From assembly GCA_000004985.1 (NCBI GenBank), contig GG738877.1: DNA of 64,000 nucleotides, one strand, 5' to 3'. Positions 54,277 to 64,000 of the stretch are shown here, in pieces. Positions within the stretch are counted from its first letter, which is position 1. Every line of letters begins with the position of its first letter. Source of the DNA: Naegleria gruberi (lineage: Eukaryota). The notes under the pieces were generated by a model that saw only the letters and a list, made by a program, of their open reading frames with translations, was not told where the DNA came from and did no database searches. Made by a program: the position numbers and the translations under genes.

Positions 54277-57200
54277 TTATTCTACATCATCACTATCTTC
54301 ATCATCGCTATCTTCCAAAAGGATTTGCAAGGCCTCTTCTTTGGCTCTATTCTTTCCTGAATTCATAAATCCAAAGAAATCATCATCTTGTTTCACTTTG
54401 GATGAACTTCTCTCAATTTCATAATCTTGGAGAGAGGTTGAATGGACTTTCATGATTTCATCCTTTTCAAAATCTGATAAATAAGTTAGTACAATTACAT
54501 CGCCATCACTGAGATTGATTCTTCTCATTAAGTGAACTGGTTTTTTGATTTCTCCATGTTCTTCGACTTTTTCTATTGGTTTATCCTCTTCTATTCTAAT
54601 GATTCTACTGTCACCAAAGCTGAATTTGGACACTATGAATTCAGATACTGATCCAGAAGTATCAGAAATTGAGAGAATTCCTGCTTTGAAAGTGTCTACA
54701 GTATCCCATGATGAAATTTGAGAAATATTTACAATCAACTCCTTAGCTTCCATATATTCAAAATTACTTTCTGACCCTCTCTCAACGATCTTTCTCAATC
54801 TTACAATGATATGAAGTGGTGGAGGAATAACAAGTTTCTTCTTCTTTGCCTTTGGATCAATAACCTCAGGAGCAGAGGACAGCTTTTCATAAACATCGAC
54901 ATCATTATCCGTTAGTATCTTTACGGCAATTACCTTAGTATCTCTCCATCTTAGCTTTCCAAGAGATTTGTTCAAGTGAATTTTATCAGAGTAAACCTTG
55001 GTCATTCTCTTGAAACCTCCAGTGAAAGTGCAATCTCTTATTTGAAGATATTTGATATTTTCTACACTCTTGAAAGCATCAAGAGTTTTGAGTAAATAAA
55101 TTTTCAAGAACTCCAAAGACCAACTTTCAGAAGCTGTTATATTGGTATGGTGATAAATTTGGTTTTCATTCTCATTCCTAAAATATGAAAAGTGTTAAAA
55201 AAGTTAATAATTGAAACGTACAATATTCTTGAGGAACAAGTTTTTGGTGGGAAGTTGTGAACCAAATTAACTTTGACATGTATTTGGTTATTCAAAGGAG
55301 GCTTTCCAATTTCAATATATATTGTCTTTTCATTTGTTTGTTCGATCAATAAGGTAGAGAGGAGAGTTTCTTCATCCTTTATAATTTCTCGAGGTCTTTG
55401 GTTATGACATCCCCTAAATCTGAAATTATAGACATTGTCATACTGCCAATTTTCCTTTTTGAACTTTTGGGATAGTTTAGATTTGCTACCAATATTAGCA
55501 GATAAATTATTTTGTACACTTACATTATTTTAAGAGATGCCTCTTGGTCAACCTTTAACTCGAACATGTTAAGATAGTTGAATATTGGGCGTTCAGTCGT
55601 TTCATCATAGCCAGTATTCTTGGCTTCAATTTCAATGAACTTGATATCGACCTCCTTTTCTATGGAAAGCTTGATAATAATCTCTATTCTTTCTCCATCA
55701 CCAATATCTAAATCAGAGAGACTCTTTGTAGAATCCTCGTTTTTAAAGAATTGCTTCTTTTGCTTTCTTAACATCACACATTCTTTAATCCAATTTTCAC
55801 CTCCATATTTATGCAATTCTGATACAATACAATGAGAAGAGAACATTTCATCGAGAATTTTCTTCTTGAGTTGTTCCAGAGTGAAATTCAAATCCACTCG
55901 TACAATTTTTTCTCTATCTCCAAACTTTACAATTACAATATCTTCACAATCTTCGTTGGTTAGAGCTGCCTTGACGTTATGCTTTTGTCTTTCCAACTCC
56001 TGATATAATTCCTCTATTATAGAGAATTCATTGAATTCAAATTCTAGCCCTATGGAATCAAAGCCATCCAAAAAGTTTAGCATTTTCTTGTTCATATCTG
56101 TTACAAATATTGGCTTTTTGTTCTTATATCTGAGGTATGCCTTTAAAGGAAGGTCATCAATATAACCCATTCTTATTTTGGCCTGTCTGATAACATCTCC
56201 AATTGACATATCTACTCGGTATTCAATATCGAAAATGTTAGAATCCGTAAGTGTTTCATACATGGCACAAGTGACAGTCAATTTTTCAGGTGTGCTAAGG
56301 TTGAATCTTGGATCTGATACTGAGTGATCTGATTGATCCTCACTAGGCAGAACCAAAAGATACAAATATTTTGACTCCTTATCGCAATATTTTCTGATCA
56401 CTAAATCATCATCGTCAGAGTTTTTAGGAAGCGTTTGGTCTGAAATGGAATAAACTTTTCCTTCCTTGTTGAGCACTCGGAGTGAGAATGTATCGCCAAG
56501 CTTATCACCAAACTTTTCTCTAGTGATTTGATAAAATTCATCTATGTTAGAATCGTAATGAAATTCGAAAGATCTATATAAATTCTTCAAGTCTGATAAG
56601 TTGATTGGTGCTAGATGATTCTTCTCCACGGAGAAAAAGTTTGGAAGATAAACTACAGCTGTTCCAGTATTTTCTCTAAGAGAGTCTGTTTGCCTCTTCA
56701 TGTCAACCTGTTGTTCCTGATATTCTCTCATTACTTTAATTCCTTCATTCTCCCTATCAATATCATCTTTGAAATAAGATGGTATTGGAAAATCAAACTT
56801 GGTATTTTCGAAATCCATTTCCTTTCGTTTGTAGACCAACATGTATGCAGAGGCTCCCTTTCCACCATAATACTTTGGAATTTCCTCCTTTGGATCGATT
56901 TCAAAAACTCTCTCATCATTAAACTCGAACCAATGAGTTTGTCCTTCGAACTCCATTGCAAATTTCTTCTTTTTCTTTTCATTAGAAGTGTCCTCCTCTT
57001 CCAATAATCCAGTTCTTCCCTCCATTAAATGATCATGAATTAAGGAATAGTAGTGTCCACTATATGGACTACCACTGTGTATAATTATACCTATTAATTC
57101 ATACTCCTCTGGTTCACCTGGGTACTCTTTATATGGTGACATGTCTAGTACTGATTCAAATTTGATTTCCTTTTTAATTTTAATTCTGGACTCGGTTTTG

Positions 57201-58349
57201 AAGTCATAATCAAATCTTGTCAAGCTAAAGAATATTATTGGTGGGATAGCTCTCAAAGATGTGTTTCTAAATGCAAGATCCACCTGCTTGTTACATTTAG
57301 AACATGAATATTTGTTGTTTCCTTCGAATCGTTCAACTTCAACAAATTTTTCAAGACTTTCTCTCAAAGTATTTTCTACAGTGATAGTAATATCGTAGAA
57401 ATCCTCTTTTACACAGCTTGTATTTCCACATTCATTGCAGACAATCTTATTTACAGACACTCCTGCAAAGGTGTTCTTAATAAAATTGTCAATTTTCATT
57501 TTGGACAATTTAGTTTCCAAAGCACTGAAAAATACTCTACTCAATTCTTGAATATCATGTTGTACAGAAACTTGCCTAGATCTCCATCCAAATGCATCCG
57601 TTAGCTCTGTAGTTTCAATTGAAGGTTTCTCAATAGCCATCATGTAAGAAAATAATTTTTGCATTACAAAGAGTAAATTAGGTTGTTTTTGAGCTTTCTT
57701 TTTCTTGACAATCCTCTTACTTGAAAGTTTTTCATCATCGACTGAACATGGAATGCACGTATTGTCAAACAATGATCCAATCACACCATCTCGAGGTGGT
57801 ATGAAATCTTGCATTGTTGATTGTCTTTCTTGTTCTTCAAAGAGCCACATGATCATGTTTTCCTGAGTTCTGGTGTTCACATCTGTTGATCCAAAGGTAG
57901 GTTCTACAAATTTATGAAAGCATCTATTAATTAGACTGATTTCAAAACCCATATCAATCAATTGGCCATAATACGGAAAATCAGCAAAATCAATAGTAAC
58001 ATCCTCATATTCAGAATCAGATTGTTTTCCACTAACTTTCTTATATTTTTCCAAATTTAAATTCAAAATATTTGATCTAAAATGTGGGATCATATACAAT
58101 ATCTGGATCAAAGAGTTCAAGTAGCATGTAGCACCTCTTCTCAAAATTAAATATTGATCATGAATGTAATAGTACATACTGATTTCTAAGCCCAACAAAA
58201 TTCGAAGCTTGTCTTTTTAATTGATCCATAGAAGTTGAAACTCTGTAGGACTGATTAACTCCTTCCGATTCACTTGATGATGCAACATGTTGTTCAAACT
58301 CATCCATACCTCCAGCACCTGCAAAAATATCACCAAACAATTCAGACAT
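54277..58349 (-). CDS. USP-family ubiquitin carboxyl-terminal hydrolase with a long C-terminal extension (USP7/USP47-like architecture), about 1294 aa. Four exons (minus strand): 58180..58349, 55524..58136, 55222..55419, 54277..55177.
   Basis: Exon 1 (MSELFGDIFAGAGG...NFVGLRN) plus exon 2 across a 43-nt GTATGT intron yields the USP Cys box GLRNQ|GATCYLNSLIQ. The QDIQELSRVFFSALE box and the His box YELIGIIIHSGSPYSGHYYS are in exon 2. Donors AT|GTAAGT (104-nt intron) and TT|GTACGT (44-nt intron) join the in-frame ORFs 55137..55349 and 54277..55116, ending in an acidic tail DSDDEDSDDVE. Confidence 0.75.
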
Positions 58350-58870
58350 TTTTTCTATTGGTATTTTTAGATGTAATTTGCATGGAAAGTTGAACTTTGA
58401 TTCAATACTGAAATCACAAGTTACAACATTTGTTTGCCATGGGAGATGACTTTTTTTAATTATTCAATTCTTAATCCCAAAGTGACCTTATATGCATGCA
58501 TATGATTCATGCACAATATCGATGTAACATTCAGATTCTTCCTTAAGGACCACCTCACAATTGTAAGCCAATCAACATTGAGTCAAAGTGAATGTAACAT
58601 TGCATTATTTCCTCAACAAAAACCTCAAAAGCTCTTTTCCAAGGTGACTTGTATGACGTTGGCAAAAACATATTTACGGCGTTGAATTTTTATTTTCACA
58701 GGTTGCTTCAGTCCACAACCCTTCACAGCTAAAAGATAAACAAAAAAATTCCACGGGTTGCGTTCCAACAATTTTAATAGAGAGTCACTTCTTCTGATTT
58801 TTGCTTTTTGTTGATAATACCATTTGAACCCGAAGAGATTTTGACGAGTTGATTTTAATATCTGATCAAG

Positions 58871-61135
58871 ATGTTCGATATTGCTATTGCTAGTCATACA
58901 CTCGTAACAACATCTACACCCTATGTACTATATTGTATTGCTATAAAAGTTGATGATATTGCTGAATGGAGTTTGGAACGTCGTTACTCTCAATTGAGAG
59001 ATCTACACACAGAGTTGTCATATTACTATCAAAATTTACCAGATTTTCCACCAAAGGTTTGTTTATTGTTGTTAGATATTTGATGAACTGACATTTTATC
59101 ATCATTATTATGATTATAATAATAATATTATTATTGTTATTATTGATTTTATATACAGTATTGGAAAGGAAACTTTAAAGAACAAAAGATCTCTGAGAGA
59201 CAAACATTACTCAATCAATACTTTAAAACTCTTACAAGAAGAGATGATATTTTCAAACCGGGTATGATTCCTCTCTTTGTTCTTCAATTCTTCTCCTCTC
59301 CAACACCTGTAAAGGAGGCATACCAGAACACATCCATAGTCATTCGTAAAAGTAGTGAAAAGTTAATTCAAAACGTACTTGGAGAATCTGATAAATCAGC
59401 AGCCAGTCCTTCTAGTAGCAACAATAAGAAAGAAGGATCTTCTGGACCTAGAAAATCAGGTGCTTCCGACTTGGAATACGAAAAAGCTATCAATGATTGG
59501 AGTGTTGATGATGTCGCTTCTTGGATCCTTCTTCTCAATCATCAATATAACAGTAATAATTCAATTATTCAATCCAAATTCACAGAAGTTTTAAAAACTG
59601 AGTCAATCGATGGTAGCGTTTTAATTTATTTAACAACAAGAGATTTTGTCAAAATGGGTACTAGAATTAGTGTACAAACAACTCCTCAGGTGAATTCAGC
59701 TGTTTCAGATGCTTTTGCAAGTGTTATTATAGAAAATATTTTGCGAGTGAAAGAACAACAAACAGAATCTGGTCTCTACAGAATTGACAAGAGAGACGAA
59801 ATGAATGATGAAGATGAAGATTATGAAGATGATCGTACACCATCATACATGACAACAACAACAACTACAACAACTGCTCAAGCTAATGATGATTATGACG
59901 ATGACGATGATGATGATTTGAAGCAGGATTTAATTGGAACTGTTGTCACTGGTTCTACAACTTCAAGATCTGATACTACATCAATTAGTACACCTACTGG
60001 TCAAAGTTTTTCTGGTCGTATTTGTCCTGAATTTAACTTGGATAGTGAATTAACAAAGGAGGAACAAGAAAGTTACAGTTATTGTATGAAAAAGATTATG
60101 AATTTGAAAGATCCTGTACCAGAAAGTATTAGAAGAAGATTATGTCAAGATCTTGTTATTCCACAAAGATTCAAATTTAAATATTTGAATCCAAGTTCAA
60201 TTCCTCAAGAAGTTTTAATGATGAATAGTCGTAGAAAAGAAGGTCCATATCTTAAAATCAAGTTAATCATCACAGAATTAGGTGAAGGATTTACTCACCG
60301 TACAATCCGTAGATTGGGTTCTTTAGTTGGTCACAATGAAATCAAGAGTTCAGAGTTCGGTCTTTTCCACAGTTCACTCATTATTGGACCTGTACAATTA
60401 GAATGGACAGATAACTCTATTGTTGTTCCAAGAAAGGAGAAGAGTAGTTCAAAGGCTGTTTTTGCTGTTGATGTTTGTAAAATTAGAGGTCAAGAAAATC
60501 TCAATGATGTTTATGACAAATTAGCTCACTTTTGCACGTTTTGGAATGGCCATCGTCTCTACGTACAAAAAGATACAAATTGTCAACATTTTGTTGTTGA
60601 ACTTCTTAAAGCTATTGGTGTTTACAATCAATTTAAAAAGAATATTGAATCAACAATCTTAGGAAAGTACTTGAACAGACTGAGGGAATATGGTACATGT
60701 GAAATGTCTTATATCATTCCTGAACATTTAGCTCAAAGAATGTTAAAGGAATGTAAGGATGAAATTTCTTCACAGCTCAAACAACTCTTACAAACTTCTC
60801 TCAAAGGAAAGGAAATTATTTTCGATTCTCATTGTGTTCTCGATGAATATTATGAAACTGTTTTGAGGATAGAACCAACTTACTTTGATTTGGGTGATCA
60901 CAAGAAAGAAGAAGAACTTCTTAAGGCATACGATCGTGCTTTCTGGCTTAGACGTCAATCAACCAAAATGGCCAATGATCCAAGAGTTAAACCACTTCAT
61001 GATCCATGTCCATTTGATACAAATGGAGGTGCAAATACTGTTAAGGAAGGTGCTTTTTATCTTGGAGATTACGCACCAGAATATCCAGTACCAACAACTG
61101 TTCTCAATCAACTCAAACAACAACGAAGGAGGTAA
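58871..61135 (+). CDS. PX-domain + SAM-domain protein (about 721 aa). Two exons: 58871..59056, 59159..61135.
   Basis: Exon 1 reads RRYSQLRDLHTELSYYYQNLPDFPPK (PX core) and ends before GTTTGT. A 102-nt AT-rich intron ends atatacag. Exon 2 continues the PX domain (YWKGNFKEQKISERQTLLNQYF), followed by a SAM-like segment (WSVDDVASWILLL...IDGSVLIYLTTRDFVKMG). Confidence 0.7.
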
Positions 61136-61231
61136 AAAACTTTGTAATTTATGTAAATTTATTGAGTTCTTCTTGTTTTAGTACTGGAAAGATCATATTA
61201 AAAATAGACCAATACAATTCAAACAAAAAAA

Positions 61232-62362
61232 ATGCAAATAGTAGTTGTCTTTGAAGATAGTGGTGATATTTTTAATTTTGATGTGGATCCCAAGTCGGAT
61301 AATGTTGAGAATTTGAAAGCACTTTGCGAGATTGAAACCAAAATACCAATTTTGCAACAGGAAATGTTCTATCAGAATTTCCCTCTCAAAGACGATAATT
61401 TATTGGAAAAGTATGCCATTTCAGAGTCTGACATTATTGTTTTAAAAAAGAAGGCTCCACCAAGACAATCCCATCCAACTCCACAATCTCATCAATCCAA
61501 TGTAAATAGAAATCAACCACAACTAGTCGGCACTAATAATGTTGTCACTGAACAACAATTGCTTGACATATTCGGTGGTATTAATCATACTCCTCAATTA
61601 ACCAGACAACAAGAACTTGAAAGAAGAATACAAAACAATCCATTCGATATTGAAGCACAAAAATTATTGGAAGAGGAAATTCAAAGAAAGGAAATTGAGG
61701 AAAATTATTTGCAAGCTCTTGAACATACTCCTGAAACCTTTTTTGCTGTTCATATGTTATATGTTCCAGCTAAAATTAATGGTCATGACCTTAAGGCTTT
61801 TGTCGATTCAGGTGCTCAAATGTCAATCATGTCAAAACAATGTGCTGAAAAGTGTGGATTAATGAGACTTCTAGATAAGAGATATAAGGGTGTTGCAAAA
61901 GGTGTTGGATCTTGTGAAATTATGGGAAGAATTCACTTGACTTTGATGATTCTTGGCAAAACAGCTCTTCCTGTTACAATTACAGTTTTAAATCAAACAG
62001 GAATGAGCTTTCTGTTGGGCTTAGATATGCTCAAAAGGCACCAAATGATGATTGATTTGAAGGATAACTGCTTACGTGTTGGTGATGAACAGATTAAATT
62101 CTTGCCTCAAAATGAATGTCCAAATGAAATGACTGATTTGGAGAGTCCAAAACCGACTTCTGCTGATATATCCAGACCGAATCCATTCGATATGACTCCT
62201 TCCAATTCTAACAATACAGAAAGAGAAATAGTCATAACACAATTGATGGAAACAATTGGAATAGATAGAGAAAGCGTAATGAGGGCATTGGAAATGGCAA
62301 AAGGTAATGCTGAAGTTGCAGCCTCAATTCTTTTTGACATGAAGGAAAGAATGCAAAAGTAA
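61232..62362 (+). CDS. DDI1-family shuttle protein (ubiquitin-like domain + retropepsin-like aspartyl protease + UBA), 376 aa.
   Basis: N-terminal UBL-like fold; FVDSGAQMSIMS (the D-S/T-G-A protease motif typical of DDI1); C-terminal UBA-like VMRALEMAKGNAEVAASILFD. Confidence 0.85.
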   Translation: MQIVVVFEDSGDIFNFDVDPKSDNVENLKALCEIETKIPILQQEMFYQNFPLKDDNLLEKYAISESDIIVLKKKAPPRQSHPTPQSHQSNVNRNQPQLVGTNNVVTEQQLLDIFGGINHTPQLTRQQELERRIQNNPFDIEAQKLLEEEIQRKEIEENYLQALEHTPETFFAVHMLYVPAKINGHDLKAFVDSGAQMSIMSKQCAEKCGLMRLLDKRYKGVAKGVGSCEIMGRIHLTLMILGKTALPVTITVLNQTGMSFLLGLDMLKRHQMMIDLKDNCLRVGDEQIKFLPQNECPNEMTDLESPKPTSADISRPNPFDMTPSNSNNTEREIVITQLMETIGIDRESVMRALEMAKGNAEVAASILFDMKERMQK

Positions 62363-62404
62363 ATATTGTACATAAGCCTAGATTGTTTTATTGTATATTT
62401 ACAC

Positions 62405-64000
62405 TTAGATGTTCTTTACTTTCAGTGGAGCTCTTTCTTGATTATTGTTGCTTGGTTGTTGCAAATAGAGATTCTTATATTTTCTCAAATCCAAGTTCTC
62501 CTTTTCTAATTGTAAAATGTCTCTTGAATAAGTATTCTTAATTAATTCGTGGTTTTCTTCCTCCAATTCACGAATTCTCTTTTCCATCTCCACAAAATCT
62601 TCATTACATCTTCCTAACTCTGATTGTTGGGTTATTACTTGTTCGTGAAGCAGCTTGTTTTGAGCTGTCAACTTTTCAATCATGTCTGACATGGCAGTAA
62701 ACTTTTCTTGCTGTTGGAGCTCTTGAGGTCTTGCAATACTTCTCTTTTCGTTTAGCATTACTTCATATGTTTCCTTAGATCTCTTCAGAATCAAGTTGGA
62801 AGCCTCTAATTGTTCAACCTTGTCCTTCATACCTTTCATATCTTCAACTGTAAGTTTGAGATGATCATTTTGCTTGAGAAGAGTTTCAATTGTAACTTCA
62901 TTTGAGAGTCTCTTGGCTTCACTCTTTTCCAAACTAGATTTTAAGAGATCAATCTCTGCAGTCAAATTATGAATACGTTCGTTGAGCTCTGATGTGTCAG
63001 ATACTGAGACTGCTGGTCTTGAGGACAGATAATCATTAACACTTTCCAGTTCTGTAATTGTCTTCTTCAAATTTTGATTATTTCTTTCTAGGTGATCAAT
63101 CTTTTGGGATTGAGTAGTAAGCAACGAGTTTAACCTTGTATTAGCTTCTGTGAGTTCAGAATTACGAGTTTGCTCATTGAGGAGGTTCGACCCAACAATT
63201 TGTAACTCTGCTTCCTTTTGTTTGAGAGTAACAATTTGACCTTCATAAATATTAATTTGTGATTGCTTTTCTTGGTTGTCTCTGATTGCTCTTTGAAGTT
63301 GGTCTTGTAGTTGATCGAGTTCAGCAGCAAAAGACTTGGTTTGCTCTTCACGTTCTTCCAAAGAACGGATAGCAGCATGTAATTGAAGAGTGGCTTCCTC
63401 CAACTTGCAAGAAATATTTTCACAAAAAGCTGACTTTTCTTTGAGTTCTGATTCCACTGCTTCACAATGTTGTCTTCCACTGTTGAGTTCTTCACTCAAA
63501 TGATTAATATCAGATTGCTTGTTATCAATTTCTGACATTAATTGCTTATTGTGAGCATCTAATTGGTCAAGAGCAGACTCTAACATCTTTGTGTGGTTTG
63601 TAGCAGATTGGTATTCTTGAATAAATGCAGATAAGTGAGCTTGTTTTTCTTCATTTTCTCTTGTGAGTGTTTCATTAATTTCTCTATACTTTTCAGAAGC
63701 TTCTCTTTCTCTTTCGAATGAATTTTTCACTTCTTCAAGCTCATTTGTCATTCTTTCCAAGTCTTTGAGCAACTTTTGTTGATTCAAAATCTTTTCTTGA
63801 TGTCCCTCAAGCTTGACATTCTTTTTCTTCAATTCTTTGAGCTCCTTATCAAGGACTTGTTGAGTCTTTTGGAGATCTGATTTCTCTTGAGTGATTTTCT
63901 TACACTTCTCTTCAATCTTTGCATACTTCTTCTTCATATCAGCTATTTCAACAGCAAGTGGATTCTTTTTCTTTTCCTTCTCAAGTAAATTCTTTTGCTT
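62405..64000 (-). CDS. Long coiled-coil protein, 5'-truncated by the window edge (at least 531 aa in the window).
   Basis: Continuous E/K/L/Q-rich heptad-repeat ORF on the minus strand. It is open upstream of the ORF-track start at 63937 through position 64000. Confidence 0.65.
   Translation of the reverse strand, partial: KQKNLLEKEKKKNPLAVEIADMKKKYAKIEEKCKKITQEKSDLQKTQQVLDKELKELKKKNVKLEGHQEKILNQQKLLKDLERMTNELEEVKNSFEREREASEKYREINETLTRENEEKQAHLSAFIQEYQSATNHTKMLESALDQLDAHNKQLMSEIDNKQSDINHLSEELNSGRQHCEAVESELKEKSAFCENISCKLEEATLQLHAAIRSLEEREEQTKSFAAELDQLQDQLQRAIRDNQEKQSQINIYEGQIVTLKQKEAELQIVGSNLLNEQTRNSELTEANTRLNSLLTTQSQKIDHLERNNQNLKKTITELESVNDYLSSRPAVSVSDTSELNERIHNLTAEIDLLKSSLEKSEAKRLSNEVTIETLLKQNDHLKLTVEDMKGMKDKVEQLEASNLILKRSKETYEVMLNEKRSIARPQELQQQEKFTAMSDMIEKLTAQNKLLHEQVITQQSELGRCNEDFVEMEKRIRELEEENHELIKNTYSRDILQLEKENLDLRKYKNLYLQQPSNNNQERAPLKVKNI

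Noticed and set aside
55137-55349. ORF 55137..55349 as an independent small gene
   Set aside because: It is in phase with flanking USP exons through GT..AG introns (44 and 104 nt). I interpret it as an internal exon of the USP gene.
1-64000. tRNA, rRNA, CRISPR array or transposon search
   Set aside because: Reading the intergenic regions by eye I found no cloverleaf-compatible GTTCGA-type T-arm, no direct-repeat arrays and no terminal inverted repeats or RT/transposase ORFs. This manual scan cannot exclude small RNAs.

Overview
This is an AT-rich, gene-dense eukaryotic (protist) nuclear segment, not prokaryotic: about 33 protein-coding genes lie on both strands in 64 kb. Gene content and style look Amoebozoa/dictyostelid-like: many low-complexity N/Q/S/T tracts, an A-rich context before ATG, a RasGEF, an NHL-repeat protein and an ERK-family MAPK. 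I cannot name the species from sequence alone. About half the genes are interrupted by very short spliceosomal introns (38-64 nt, a few at 102-204 nt) with GTAAGT/GTATGT donors and (T)AG acceptors. Because of this, several genes appear in the six-frame ORF track as 2-4 separate ORFs. I rebuilt these by hand, guided by conserved motifs. Recognised products are: ERK-type MAPK, armadillo-repeat protein, SLC13 and SLC12 transporters, Ser/Thr kinase, NHL-repeat protein, PLAA/Doa1, a TPR-like protein, an XPB/ResIII-like DEVH helicase, a 2379-aa RasGEF, SNW1/SKIP, dynein light intermediate chain, a PEBP/MRPL38-like protein, an ankyrin-repeat protein, a Kelch protein, an arginase-fold protein, an F-box-like protein, a USP7-like ubiquitin protease, a PX+SAM protein, DDI1 and a coiled-coil protein truncated at the right edge. 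I found no rRNA, tRNA, CRISPR array or clear transposon. Several loci deserve a second look: a frame break in PLAA, motifs encoded across mini-introns, a dynein-2-like LIC, an arginase-fold variant and proline-rich repeats in the RasGEF. All coordinates were worked out by hand and could be off by a few nucleotides at splice sites.
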